64,000 nt of DNA from Octopus bimaculoides (Eukaryota). Shown here in pieces: positions 1 to 13,725 of this stretch. How positions within the stretch are numbered: the first letter of the stretch is position 1; every line of letters begins with the position of its first letter. The notes below the pieces were generated by a model. It saw nothing but the letters and a program-made list of their open reading frames with translations. It made no database searches and was not told where the DNA came from. The stretch covers positions 19,163,699 through 19,227,698 of the forward strand of contig NC_068995.1 of the NCBI RefSeq assembly GCF_001194135.2, given 5' to 3'. A program made the position numbers and the translations under genes.

Positions 1-78
1 ATATATGTATATATGTATGCATATGTATATATACATATACATGTGTAAATATATATGTATATATATATATATATATAC

Positions 79-123
<45 letters not shown>

Positions 124-330
124 CATATATACGTACATATATCTTCGTTGTGTATGTATATATGTATTCTTAAGTATAACGATGCATTTATTTGTGTATA
201 CATATATAAAAATCGTATACATATTTAACATACAGCCACAGGCACACGTAAGCACAGCCCCCCATACACACACACACACTCACACACACAAACAATCACA
301 CACATCCGTATGTAAGCATAAGTTGCTGAT
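1..330. repeat. Compound (TA)n/(TG)n/(CA)n microsatellite-rich tract
   Basis: Dinucleotide runs are visible directly. The ORFs here (MYICMH..., HTHTH) are translation artefacts. Confidence 0.9.
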
Positions 331-1174
331 TAAGACGTATTGAATTCGTCTACGTAGTAGTGATTTGCTTATGAAAGTTAGAGTTAAAAGACTGTAGATT
401 CCAAGTCAGTATTAAAGTTAATCTAATGAATTTATATAAGAACGTTTGCACAAGTGTGGTTAAGAATATCGCTTTACAGTTGCATGCTTCAGGAATATAT
501 GGCTGCTTGTATACCATAGGTTTTTTTCAAATAAGAGTGGCCTAGACAAGTCTCAGTTTTCAAAGGTATAAAGTAGATGAAGGGATAAATGCTCCAATGA
601 ATTTAATGGCAATCTGTCACAGGTAATTGTGCGCATATACAGAATTCTTTTCAGCACTCTATATTAATTTACTATTTACTATTAAAGAGAAGCTTCTGCA
701 TTAAGTGTTGTGTCTTATATAATAGAGAGGAATAATCTAACGTTCAATGTTAAAAGTTGAGTATTGAATTCTTAGTTTCATAGTGCTTGTATTAGAAAAC
801 ATATCAGTGATTAGTAGTGTTTTTGCTTATGTTACTTGTATGTATGTATACACGTGCGTACGTATGCATGCTTGTGTATGTGTGAATGGATATGTACGTA
901 TGTACTTATGTATGTGTGTATGTGTGTTAATGTGTTACAGTGTTCATTAAGTTCCACATCATTTAATGTTTCATCTGTACGTAGGACAATTCCATATCGT
1001 TGATATCTAGACATCTGTTGCGATGATTTCGTCTTATGATGTCAAGAAACTTTAAGTCATATAGATCTGAGTGAAAACAGTTATGAAATAATGCATCCAA
1101 ATGATATGTATACGTGTGTGTGTATTTATATATATATATGTATAGATTTTAAAGTTTCGAAGAAGAGCAGCCTT

Positions 1175-1345
1175 TTCAGGAGAAAGTCAATTATATCGAC
1201 CCCAATGCTCAACACAAGTACGTTTTTTTTTTTTTTAATCGATCTCGAAGGGATGAAAGAAAAGATTGACTTCGGTGAAATTTGAAACCAGAAAGTATAG
1301 TTGGAAGAAATTCTGCTGAGCATTTTGTGCGTCGCGCTGACGAAT
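1175..1345 (-). mobile_element. SINE family A copy (degenerate)
   Basis: atcgatctcgaagggatgaaagaaaagattgacttcggtgaaatttgaaaccag matches the same block at ~9020, ~12780, ~38570, ~41190 and ~45620. Confidence 0.7.
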
Positions 1346-2477
1346 CTTCCAGTTCGCTTTATATACATAAGTATTATTAGCCACATATATGATTATGTCC
1401 GTGTATATGTCTGTATTTGCTTGTTTGTATGTGTGTGCACGTGTATGTATGCTTGTGTACGTGTATATATGTATGTTTTTCTGTATATGTGCCTACGTGT
1501 GTATTTATATGTGATTTGTAGATGTATACGTGGCTGTGATCAGTCGAAATATAAGAAAAGTATACACAAAATTTATTGAATAGCTAATATACCTTTACAC
1601 ATTCAGTCACCCATCTTACATTAATCATGAAAAGGTGAATATATTATAAGCTTATTTTTCTCGCAAGTTTTACTTCCTTTTGTATTTATTTATTTTCTTT
1701 TACAGATTGTTTATAAAGCTTGTTCCAATTTGTGTGTATTTTCCTCAGGTAGTAATCCTTTAAGGCATTTCAATTTACCTATAATGAATTCTGTATAATT
1801 TTAAGAAGAACTGCCAATAGCTAATTGTCCCACCTTACAAACTAAGTACCACCTTAATTTTAATTTCATTTCATTTTATTTTTCGTTAGTTGTATTTATC
1901 TCACCCCTAAGGAATTTTCTATAAAAAGAAAATGCTAGAACTTAGCATAAATATTTTCAAATATTTTCTCTGTAAAGTTGCCGTTAAAATTTTGACTAAA
2001 TTTGATCAAAATATAAAGAAAGGAAGAAATTGTGTGATGCAAGAGAAAAATATATGTATGAAGAAAAATATGTAGGAGTAAAATTGAACTTAACTTTTTC
2101 ATTAATGAATATTAAAAGCTTCTGGAGTTTTATATATTTTAGCTTAGTTCTTCTATGTGTTTCTTATTAATTTATTTCCATAATATTGATTTGTGTAATG
2201 TGAATTTTTATTTCTAGAAATACACTTTAGTCAATAATGTTTTACTTCTTCGGAAGTCATAAAGTCATAAAGAATGGTAGCAAAAAATAACGCAAGGCAG
2301 AAAGAACTGAAGTAAAGAAAGTAACACTGATAGGAAAGAGGGAAAATAAGAAAGCGTAGGAAGACAGTTTTCGAAATGTAGAGAATGATGTGCAGAAGAA
2401 AATGAAATGAAAATGATGAAGTGAGAAATATTGGAGTGAAAATTATAAGAACAGTTTTTAAAAAGAGGGAAAAGAAC

Positions 2478-2519
<42 letters not shown>

Positions 2520-3995
2520 TGTGGGGAGTGAGAGGTGAGAGAGACAGACAGACAGAGACTGACAGAAATAAAGAGAAAGAGAAAATGAGGGGGATATGAA
2601 TGCGATAAAGGAAAAGAGAAATAACAGTAAAGAGGAAGGAGAGAGAAAACTGAATACTCTAAAAAGTTTTCGGATATTTTCAAAACTTGATTAGCTTCGT
2701 CGATAAAATAATTTTTGAAACAATAAAACAAATATTGATTAATTTTGAGTAAGCACCAGGTTATGTGTTGTATGAACAGTATAAAAATTGATTGAATCTT
2801 CTCCAGCATATGTCTGGTATTTATTCTATGTAAATTAAATCAATTATTGACTAAATTACTACCGTTTTAATTTGATCTAAGAATTTGAAAGGAAAAAGAA
2901 ACTGATTAGGTTTGCCTGACAAGCTTAACTCTATGTACGCCCTAAAGAAATGTGGTGTCCATTTCGATATTTCGATTGTAAAAAAAACTAGGTATGACAC
3001 AAATAGCAGCCATAACTGTTTTTTTCGGTGGGGGGGGGGGCGTAAGAAGAGAGAGTATATTTAAATATCTTTAGCAATTGATTTAATATTTGGTTGGCAA
3101 GGTGCTTGATTTATTTTCTGAGGTGAGATAAATTTTCTTGCATTTTTGATGGGACATTAGATCGGTATTATACACACGCACTAAGTAAACGATTATATTA
3201 TAAACCTTTTGGTTACTAAATCAATCATTTAGCTGTGCATGCCAAAGTCATTCCGTCGCCATTCACGACTTATTCCACGGCATGCCCTGTATGTTGCAAG
3301 TCAGTAAATATGTGCCACATAAGATAATAGATTGAAGAACGAAGTGATATAGAACGTAAATTAAAAGTTTTCTAAACAGTATAGGACACGTACCATATTT
3401 GATTCTCCATTTGACTCTTTCCGAATTTATTTCTGTTAAATATATTGATGTTTAACACAAGAAAATTTATGAAAATTCTTAAGAAAAATTTACAAACGTA
3501 TATAAACTCTCTAGTACTGTTTAAATAAATATGAATGACATTGCATATTTGAAAGATTTCAATACTAACGTTATAAAGCAAAGAATAAGTAACTTTAATT
3601 TTTTTTGTGTTTTCTTTCACAAAAACAGTTCTTCCGCTCCTACGATATGAAATATTGATTGAGTTCCCTGCAGAAATCCTTAGGAGCCTATCGGTTTTAA
3701 TAACTTAAGCAAAGACATTTATACAAACACGTAATTTTTAATGAAATCAACTTAAACGTTTTGACTAACAATTCTTTTCTCAAAAATGGAGAAGGGATGA
3801 AAGACTGAGTACAAGTTCGTACAAACAGACGATGTAGATTCGATAACAAATCTCGTGATTATATATTCGACGCAAACTACGATACATGTACAAAAACTTA
3901 TCCATCAAACATATGAACGAGCACACAAACTAACACACACACACACACACACACACACACTTATAGCTTAAATATATATATATACTCTTTTATTT

Positions 3996-4316
3996 GTTTC
4001 AGTCATTTGACTGTGGTCATGCCCTTAGTCGAGCAAATCGACCCCATGACCTATTCTTTGTAAGCCTAGTACTTATTCTATTGTCTCTTTTGCCGGACCG
4101 CTAAGTTACGGGGGCATAAACACACCAGCATCGATTGTCAATCGATGTTGGTGGAGGGGGGACACATATACACAAACTTATACACGCACATACATATATA
4201 CATAAATATACGACGGGCTTGTTTCAGTTTCCGTCTAACAAATTTACTCACAACACTTTGGTCAGCCCGTGGCTATAGTAGAAGACAGTTGCCCAAGGTG
4301 TCACGCAGTGGGACGG
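3996..4316 (-). mobile_element. SINE family B copy
   Basis: cagtcatttgactg...ccgctaagttacggggg...acaccagcatcg...gaagacagttgcccaaggtgtcacgcagtggga is shared with 29680-30060, 32535, 47815 and 51640 (reverse complement). Confidence 0.85.
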
Positions 4317-4785
4317 ATATATATATTATATATATTTATATATATATATACATATATGTATGCATGTATATATATANNNNNNNNNNNNNNNNNNNNNNNN
4401 NNNNNNNNNNNNNNNNNNNNNNNNNNNNNNNNNNNNNNNNNNNNNNNNNNNNNNNNNNNNNNNNNNNNNNNNNNNNNNNNNNNNNNNNNNNNNNNNNNNN
4501 NNNNNNNNNNNNNNNNNNNNNNNNNNNNNNNNNNNNNNNNNNNNNNNNNNNNNNNNNNNNNNNNNNNNNNNNNNNNNNNNNNNNNNNNNNNNNNNNNNNN
4601 NNNNNNNNNNNNNNNNNNNNNNNNNNNNNNNNNNNNNNNNNNNNNNNNNNNNNNNNNNNNNNNNNNNNNNNNNNNNNNNNNNNNNNNNNNNNNNNNNNNN
4701 NNNNNNNNNNNNNNNNNNNNNNNNNNNNNNNNNNNNNNNNNNNNNNNNNNNNNNNNNNNNNNNNNNNNNNNNNNNNNNNNNNNNN

Positions 4786-4854
<69 letters not shown>

Positions 4855-4858
4855 AGTA

Positions 4859-4896
<38 letters not shown>

Positions 4897-5783
4897 ATGT
4901 GTGCGTGTATGTGTGTGCACCCCTGTGTATATGAGACTGAATTACATATACATAGGCATGTATTCGAAGACACAAACATAGATAGAAAGACACATGATAT
5001 GGAAAGGATCACAGAGACCCTTATTCGTTGTGTATCCTAATAATTTGGCTCAACTATGTGGCATGTTTCTAGTTTTCACCTAAATACAGTGCGTATATAG
5101 CATAGAAAGAAAGACACAGCGTATCAACAGAGTAAGTATATAGGCTTATGTTGTTTTTATATATTTATATGTTTGTAACTCTATTTCAAATTTCAAATAA
5201 AATATTTAATTCTTCTAGTTTACTAAATTGGCTGTTTTACCGCGCTATTCATTAACTGTACACTTTAATTTTCTTTCTTATAATCATTGTCTGCACAATC
5301 AATCATAAAATGTCGGGCACTCATAGTACGTATACGTATATACATATATACATACATACATCCATACATATATGTGTGTGTGTGTATGTATTCATGTATG
5401 TATGTGTATATATATATGTATGTATGTATATACATATATATATNNNNNNNNNNNNNNNNNNNNNNNNNNNNNNNNNNNNNNNNNNNNNNNNNNNNNNNNN
5501 NNNNNNNNNNNNNNNNNNNNNNNNNNNNNNNNNNNNNNNNNNNNNNNNNNNNNNNNNNNNNNNNNNNNNNNNNNNNNNNNNNNNNNNNNNNNNNNNNNNN
5601 NNNNNNNNNNNNNNNNNNNNNNNNNNNNNNNNNNNNNNNNNNNNNNNNNNNNNNNNNNNNNNNNNNNNNNNNNNNNNNNNNNNNNNNNNNNNNNNNNNNN
5701 NNNNNNNNNNNNNNNNNNNNNNNNNNNNNNNNNNNNNNNNNNNNNNNNNNNNNNNNNNNNNNNNNNNNNNNNNNNNNNNNNNN

Positions 5784-5818
<35 letters not shown>

Positions 5819-6989
5819 GTTCATATATATATACATTTGGGGTATGCATTCTATGATCTATTTTTCCGTCAATGTTCAAATTTATCATTGTTTTCTTTTA
5901 AAATGTATGAGTTTTTAACCTGTTAGGTATTTAAAGCTTGCAAATTGATTAAGCGATCTATCATGATAAAGAGGAAGCAAACACAGTTATATTGCTGTAA
6001 TGTTTGCTTTTTCTTTTTACCTTTTCGTCTTGTAAGAGTTTGTTTTCTAAATATTTCTTTCTAGTAACTATAATTAATTACTTCATGATAAAAGACAGTA
6101 GAAAGTTGAGATCAGTGCTAAATGATCAGTAAATTGATATTGCAAAACTTGTTTCAATACTTCAATTCGGATTTCCTATACCATAAATGATATTCAAAAC
6201 TTGTGATCTTTTCACATTCTTAGTTATTTAGTCCTTGTCTTATACCATTTTCATTATTATACTTTTGCCTTGCTTTCATATGCAACGATATATTTTTAAG
6301 AAACTGTTCATCAGTAATTGAGTTGCTTGAACCGAATTCATAGAATTTAGTTATTCTATGGAAAACACAAAATGTATCTGGACGTTATTTGAACTTATTT
6401 TGCAGAAAAATAAAAGTAAATTTCTAAAATCAACAAACCTGAATGTCTATGGTTTCTAACACTATTACAAAATAAATAGTCATGAAATATGAATAATTTT
6501 CAATGATCCATAAGGTATATTATTATTCTTCGAGGTTGATTTTCAACACTTATTTCGATTCACGTTTTAGGTATTACTATTCACTGACAGTACCATGAAA
6601 AGAGACATGAATATTATCTTTTTAAGTTTTCTAATCTAGCATTAGATGCAATTACTTAATGAATCAAATAATGACAACTACAAGACTCGGCGTAGCTCAA
6701 ACCGACAACGTAACCTTGAAGAACATACATTCATTTATAGACAAACTCATGCCTGACTTTATACTCTATTTGTACTAGCTTACTGTACTCGTTAAGCATA
6801 TCACTCAAGGACATTTTCTATATTTCTAGATGCAGATGACTGCTTTTTCTCTCTATGGACTAGATAATTGTTCCGAAAACCTAAATGAGAGAAATTGTGT
6901 TGTGTTCTGCATCTAACAAACGTGTTTCTTTTGTTCTTGAGATGCGACTATGGATACTGAATTAAGAGAAAACTACGTTATGCAATATT

Positions 6990-7135
6990 AGCAAATCGGG
7001 CACAAGCTTTTCGGGATGTCTTCTGGCTTTACATTCTGATATCGAATGCTGGCGATGTTGATTTGCTTTTCCTTCTTTTCGGGTCAATGAAATAAGTACT
7101 AGTTTAGCACTGGGATTGATGTAATTGATAATCCA
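6990..7135 (+). mobile_element. SINE family A copy (degenerate)
   Basis: ttttcgggtcaatgaaataagtactag...ctgggattgatgtaattga is the reverse complement of the block in the minus-strand copies. Confidence 0.6.
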
Positions 7136-7217
7136 TATCCCCCAAAATTTCATCCATTATTGTTGTTGTTGCTGTTGTTGTTGTTCCTGTGGTTGTTGGT
7201 TATATAGGCGTTGGCGT

Positions 7218-7440
7218 CGCTGTGTGGTAAGAAGATTGGAAGAATGTGCGTCTGAAGCACATGGCTCTGGGTTCAGTCCCGTTGCGTTCCTCCTTCAGTT
7301 TTCATTTCATTATAGCCCCTGTCCGACCAAATCCTTGCATGTGGCTTTGGTAGACGGAAACTGAAAGAAGCCTGTCGCGCATATGAATGTATGTGTGTTT
7401 GTGTTTATGCTTGTCAGACTAACTAACGTGACAAGCGATA
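7218..7440 (+). mobile_element. SINE family B 5' half with tRNA-like head
   Basis: gctgtgtggtaagaag...gggttcagtccc (A/B-box-like), followed by ccgaccaaatccttgcatgtggctttggtagacggaaactgaaagaagcc. Confidence 0.75.
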
Positions 7441-8769
7441 TTGATTTTATTACGTTTCTGTAACTTCGCATTACGTGTCTTATTGCGCGGAATCATTAAT
7501 CAATTTTGAATGTCCTTTCATTTATCTATCATAATTATGAGGTAGAAAAAGACGTTATGAAAACATTTGTTTAGCTGCTCTACATTCAGTTAATATGCCC
7601 ACCAGACAAAGAAAAGAAGGTAAGATATTTGCGCAGACAATACACAAAGAATGAAAACTGTGAAACACAACATAGAGACAAAATGATATATCTCTCTCAA
7701 AAATAACATTAAGAATAACAACTATATCAAGGCACAGTTTCCATACGCATGATTACATCAAGTAAGAAGGTTCTTGATCTGGTTACTTTCCTCTTGGCAA
7801 TGCAGCTTAATGGAATCAGTTACGAACTACTTCCTTCACTTAACCCAAATAACTTCTGTCATGGTAGAAAAGTAGAAATTACACTTATCATATTTGATGA
7901 GATATAAGACATACATTTTACATTAGAGTGTCTGAAAAAATTGCCCCCGGTCCTAATTGCAGATTTGGAGCTATATTACATGCTTTAGTGCACTACATTA
8001 TGTGGGTATTTTGAAAATACCTTACGGAGTGACGACCGTACCTTGCATAGTTACAGGCTGCCACTTGGTAATGCATACCACACGTTCTACCACCCTGCTA
8101 GGTAAGTCATGAGATTGTAGCTTCAGGGTTTGTGAAGGGACAGCAGAAGAGCGCAACTGAGCCAACGGTGCTTCTTACATTGATGCTGAGCGGAGGAATT
8201 GTAGAAGATCCACGTTCAAGATTAACACTCTCTGTCAAGAAAATAACTGCGATGCACTCGTTGGGAAGGCGTCCAAGGTAGTGTAAGGAGATAATGAAAA
8301 ATTTCCTACGACTCAAGCCTGAGGATTCTATGCCCACGATCTATGAGGATTCTATGTCACGTGAAACATCACGTTGAAACACTCGTGTCCCAGCGGGTGT
8401 GTTGAACGCACTGTCGTCCTATGAGAGAGAAGTTATTCTCATATGAGAATAACTTCTCTCCCTCTAATTATGCGTCAGAACCTACCTAGAAGTGTTAAAA
8501 ATAGATATGTGAATAATCGCTAACCATGGTTTATTTTGTTAAAATGATGCTTTAGAAAATTGTTGTTCATTTTACATTTCAGTGTTTATTTCTATGTAAT
8601 TATGTGCGTGTTATGACTGTATAATTTGTCCGCGTTTTAATGGTGCAGTGCTTTTTACCCCTCCGTTCATCATTATTTAAACTGACAGTCCCATCCCACA
8701 TATGTTTCAAAGACCCCGTGCTGAACGTAGATTGTATTTAATATTCTAACTTTTCAACACGTTGCCGCT

Positions 8770-9150
8770 AGCAAATAACTTGGCAGGTCTTTGAACAAAA
8801 GGCTATGTAACATTTAATTATGGCACTTTTATGTTGCAACTTCAAATTCCTTGACAATTTCGTTATCTATCTTTTGTTGTCGATAAAATGAAGTACTTGG
8901 TACACGTTATGTATTCAATGTAATCGACTAACTGGTTTTGCATTATTTTGAGATGTTGCATCTATATGATTTCAAGTTTTGGCACAAGACCAGGAATTTC
9001 TTTTGGTACTTATTTCATCGATCCTAAAAGGATGAAAAGCAGTGTAAACTTCGGTGGAATTTGAACTCAACGAATAAAGATGGGCGCCATACCGCTAATC
9101 ATTTTGCCCGGGGCACCAACGATTCTGCCATCTGTCTTAGACCCTATATC
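8770..9150. mobile_element. Two SINE family A copies in inverted, tail-to-tail orientation (~8770-8940 +, ~8975-9150 -)
   Basis: gtcgataaaatgaagtac (+) faces gtacttatttcatcgatcctaaaaggatgaaaag (-). The plus copy is strongly decayed. Confidence 0.55.
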
Positions 9151-10269
9151 CATATTAAAGACAATGCTGGAAAAAAGTGGACGCACTGAACGCAGTCACC
9201 AATTAATTTCCGTTTGGTATCTTACCCGGCCCTGTGGGTCATACGTTCGAATTTTACTGAGGTCAAATTTTCATTTCATCTTTTCGGATTATATGAAGTA
9301 AAACTACTCAAACACTAAATTCGATGCATTAAACTAACCGTTCCCCTCACATCGCTGACACTGTTAAAAACAATTATTAATGTTAATGATAGTAACAGCA
9401 GTGGTTATTAGTAGTGCCTGTCATTGTATTCTTTTATTGTCGGATATGATGATGAGTGTATTGTGCTGTTCTTCGTAAAGTTGTGTGTAGTGGTGGTCGT
9501 GGTGAAGCATCGAGGAGACAGCCAGTGATTAATTTCATCGTTAATCCTCAGGTGGTACGGAAGTGGTAACGACTGTTTTGGTAATGGCAATGACTGCTAA
9601 ATTTACATTTTTTTTCTTCTTTTTCTTATACTTAGGTCAAGTTTTATTGAAGACGTTGACACATGCGAAAATTTCTGTGGCTGCATAAAAAGAAGTTATC
9701 TGAAAAACCAAATAAATAAATAAAATGTAAAAAACAAACAAACAAAGAAACAACAGGGGTGTGCATACATTTGCGGAACGATATTAGCAAGCGGCGGGAG
9801 GCGGTAGATTTTAGTATTTCTTTTTTTCTTTCTAAAGCTGAAAGGTGAAAAATTATAGCAAGTTACACAGTGAAGGAAGCTATAAAGATTTTTTATTATC
9901 ATTCTTATCATTATTATTATTATTTTTAAATGTCGTATAATACCATGTCTTTTCTCGTTATAGTGTTAGGGCAAACAATCTTTTGCACTTTTCTATGTTT
10001 AAATGGTTAGTTGATATATATTCTTAGCCGGTGTGTTATTAATTACTTGAATGCAGCTATTTCTTCCCAGCCTCAAATTTTTACAAATACATTCATGCAT
10101 ACTTACACATTCATACAGGAACATTACCATTTTTACATTCTTTCATACGTACGTAAATACATACATAAACATGTGGAGCCTCAATTGTCTAATGGTGTAT
10201 GCGTGTGTATGTTTTGGTGTGTCTGCGTGTATGTGAGTGTTATAACATTACATACGTAATTATCGTTTG

Positions 10270-10390
10270 AAATTTTGGCACAAGGCCAGCAATTACGGCG
10301 GCAGGTGTAAGTCAATTACATCGATCCCAGTATTTAACTGGTACTGATTTTATCGACCCCGAGGGGTTTAAAGCCAAAGTCCACTTCACT
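10270..10390 (-). mobile_element. SINE family A 3' fragment
   Basis: ggcacaaggccagcaatt...ccagtatttaactggtactgattttatcgaccccgaggggttt. Confidence 0.7.
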
Positions 10391-10898
10391 TTATGTAATA
10401 TGTGCAGCAATCTATCAACTAATGTTAGAAAGCTCTCTCACTTTTCTACGAAACAGGTACACGTATGCATATGCGCATAAATGCTGGCAAACACACACAC
10501 ACACACCCATCCACACACACACACACAGATACACACAGATACACACATAAAAAAACACACACAGAAACACACAAAAACACACGCATACGTGAACGTGTTT
10601 GTTTTAAAGCTTCACTTATGTATAGTTATGCGTCAAATACATTCACAGATTAAATTAAAATATCCCAAATTGCTTTTAAGTAGATTATTGTATTTTGTTT
10701 TATATTTATAAAGAAATGGTTCACAGTAACTTCGAAAGTTTTGTTTGGGTCGCCTTTATCAGACACATGACAGCTACTAAACCGTTATGAATGCCGAGAG
10801 AGAGAGAGAGAAAGACAGAAGAAAGGGAGATCAATCTTTCTTTCTCACCCGCTACCTCTCTCTCTCCCTCTCTCTCTCTCGATATATATATATATATA

Positions 10899-11642
10899 NN
10901 NNNNNNNNNNNNNNNNNNNNNNNNNNNNNNNNNNNNNNNNNNNNNNNNNNNNNNNNNNNNNNNNNNNNNNNNNNNNNNNNNNNNNNNNNNNNNNNNNNNN
11001 NNNNNNNNNNNNNNNNNNNNNNNNNNNNNNNNNNNNNNNNNNNNNNNNNNNNNNNNNNNNNNNNNNNNNNNNNNNNNNNNNNNNNNNNNNNNNNNNNNNN
11101 NNNNNNNNNNNNNNNNNNNNNNNNNNNNNNNNNNNNNNNNNNNNNNNNNNNNNNNNNNNNNNNNNNNNNNNNNNNNNNNNNNNNNNNNNNNNNNNNNNNN
11201 NNNNNNNNNNNNNNNNNNNNNNNNNNNNNNNNNNNNNNNNNNNNNNNNNNNNNNNNNNNNNNNNNNNNNNNNNNNNNNNNNNNNNNNNNNNNNNNNNNNN
11301 NNNNNNNNNNNNNNNNNNNNNNNNNNNNNNNNNNNNNNNNNNNNNNNNNNNNNNNNNNNNNNNNNNNNNNNNNNNNNNNNNNNNNNNNNNNNNNNNNNNN
11401 NNNNNNNNNNNNNNNNNNNNNNNNNNNNNNNNNNNNNNNNNNNNNNNNNNNNNNNNNNNNNNNNNNNNNNNNNNNNNNNNNNNNNNNNNNNNNNNNNNNN
11501 NNNNNNNNNNNNNNNNNNNNNNNNNNNNNNNNNNNNNNNNNNNNNNNNNNNNNNNNNNNNNNNNNNNNNNNNNNNNNNNNNNNNNNNNNNNNNNNNNNNN
11601 NNNNNNNNNNNNNNNNNNNNNNNNNNNNNNNNNNNNNNNNNN
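10899..11642. other. Assembly gap (one of many N-runs; other large ones at ~45716-46675 and ~60858-61417)
   Basis: N-run flanked by (TA)n and (TG)n. Almost every gap in the window is bounded by microsatellites. Confidence 0.99.
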
Positions 11643-12719
11643 TGTGTGTGTGTTTGTGTGTGTGTATACGTACATACATAGCGCGTGATATCCGTGTTGC
11701 ACTGCTCTAGGACGATTTGGCCCGGTAAGATTCAGGATGAAACGCTCAGCAACAGTTGCTTATCGTGTTTTTGTTAAACGTGGACCACATTACCATTTCG
11801 ACAATAGAGGTCCTCAAATCACATCCTATGATACTGAATAATAGAAGTAGTTCTAAATACAGTATGTATGCACCGATGAGGTTATACTTAAGAAAGGCAA
11901 TCCAATAGACATACATTGCTAAATGTATGACTATTTCAGATACTCAGTTCACCTCCGATGATATTGAATAACTAAAGTAGGTCTAGATACAGTATGTACG
12001 CATGAATAAAGTTATTGTTAAGAAAGACAAGCATGTAGTCATACATTAGTAATTCTGTCGTATGGGCTTTTGAGACGGTAGGTTGTGAATTGTGTAAGTC
12101 TTGGCTAGTTTTCCTTTCAGGTTGATACAGGAAGCCTTTTGCCGTCGGAAGCGCTTGTATAATCTTCTCATATCTCTTCTTGTCCACCTCCTTGTACAAT
12201 ATTTGCAGTACCTGTCTGGGTTTTTCCGTCATTACGAATTTATGTAAACGAATTACGCTGAGATGTTTGTATTAACACTTTCTCCATCCCGCCACTTCTT
12301 TCTTTCTCTCCTCTCTTGTTTCTCTCAAATAATAATCTCTTACAGAAATATGAATTCTTACATTAGTAAAAGAAATTAAAATATAAGGGACGTTGTAATT
12401 AAGGAAATCATTAGTTAAGATGTGTTATATATTTGGAAATAGGTTTATGAATTGTGGACCAACTTCACGTTGGTTTCGATGCAGCTTTTTATGTAAAAAT
12501 ATGTAATGCCTTGAGGAAATGTATATACGATAAAAGAGACTTCTACCTATCTCAAATTAGAGGAAGAATATTGATTTAAGTTGGTTATGACTTAACTCAA
12601 AATTGCACTGGGAATCTCTTAATGTCATTTTGAGTGTGTGTGTAGCAGGAAAATTCATTGATATGTCGCTCTTTCAATTTGTAATACATTGCTTTCAAAG
12701 TTTGGAATAAGAAATGCAG

Positions 12720-12905
12720 TTTCGGGGATGTGGTTAAGTCAAATACCTCACTCCCAGTGCTCAACTGGTACTTATTTTATCGACCCGAAAAGGATGAAAG
12801 ATGAAGTCGACCATGGCGGAATTATTACTCAGAACATCAAAACGGACGAAAAGCAGCTAAGCATTTTCCCCAGCTAGATAACGATTTCTGCTATTTCACA
12901 GCCTT
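12720..12905 (-). mobile_element. SINE family A copy
   Basis: caactggtacttattttatcgacccgaaaaggatgaaagatgaagtcgaccatggcggaatt...gctaagcatttt. Confidence 0.8.
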
Positions 12906-13539
12906 AGTTTTGTTATATATATTGCTCATCGTATGCTTTTCAGTTTTGAGTGTGCATAAGACCCATCTTACAAATTCGAATGCCGTATCAGTTTTCGATA
13001 ACGGAGAACTTTAGAATCCGATAGCTTTAATTTCAATGCCATGTACAGAAGACACCACCACCACCACCACCACCACCACCACGGCAAGGTTTCGAATTCT
13101 GGTTAAACGACTTCTTTTAATGTTATAAACACATTTAGGAAAGCATAAAAACCTCAGCAAATTATTTTCTCGTATATAAATGTTAGGTATACTTACGAAG
13201 AAAATCAATATTTAACAAATGAGTGATAATGAAGAATTTTCTCTTCTTGATTACTGAGCACAAGTTGTAACGTTTTAAGGAAAGACAAATAGTATGAAAG
13301 TTCATGTCAAATCCAATGTGTTAGAGGAATAAATTCAATGAAATCTTTTCTTCTGGGAATAGAAATGTTATTGGTCTCTCATTTCCTTGAAAATTATTTC
13401 TTGGATTAGTATGTTCTTCACGAGTAAACTAAATACCAAATGTATGAAAGAAGCCAGCATGACTGTGCGGTTAAGAAGTTTATTTTGCAACCATGTGGGC
13501 CCGCATGCGCGCATTTCATTGTGTGTGTGTGTGTGTGTG

Positions 13540-13725
13540 TGTGTTCCTTTACCGTTTAGGCAATGGGTGTTTTTCTGTATGTCCCCGAAACGTAGTGGGT
13601 CGTCTCAAAAGAAAGAATATGCACTCGATTTCAAATACGAGTTTCCTGTCGATATGTTTGACTAATATCATTTAAAGCGGCACCGCAGCATGGCTGCAGT
13701 CCAATGGCTGTAACAAGTAAAAGAA
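13540..13725 (+). mobile_element. SINE family B 3' half
   Basis: gcggcaccgcagcatggctgcagtccaatggctgtaacaagtaaaaga matches the family B 3' end. Confidence 0.6.

Noticed and set aside
2231-2809. 192-aa hydrophobic minus-strand ORF
   Set aside because: It is the complement of a purine-rich (GA)n low-complexity tract; the F/L/S bias is compositional.
7920-8400. Repeat-like block with a perfect CTAG|GTAAGT donor (8101/8102), a possible 45-nt exon and a weak transposase-like IVEDPRSRL frame
   Set aside because: Neither an exon nor a TE family can be supported; the motifs are too short and there is no second copy in the window.
11972-12245. 86-aa minus-strand ORF (MTEKPRQVLQ...) and a strong plus-strand acceptor at 12120
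   Set aside because: No recognisable domain and no matching strong donor. The ORF's 3' part runs into a 130-bp-period repeat that breaks frame.
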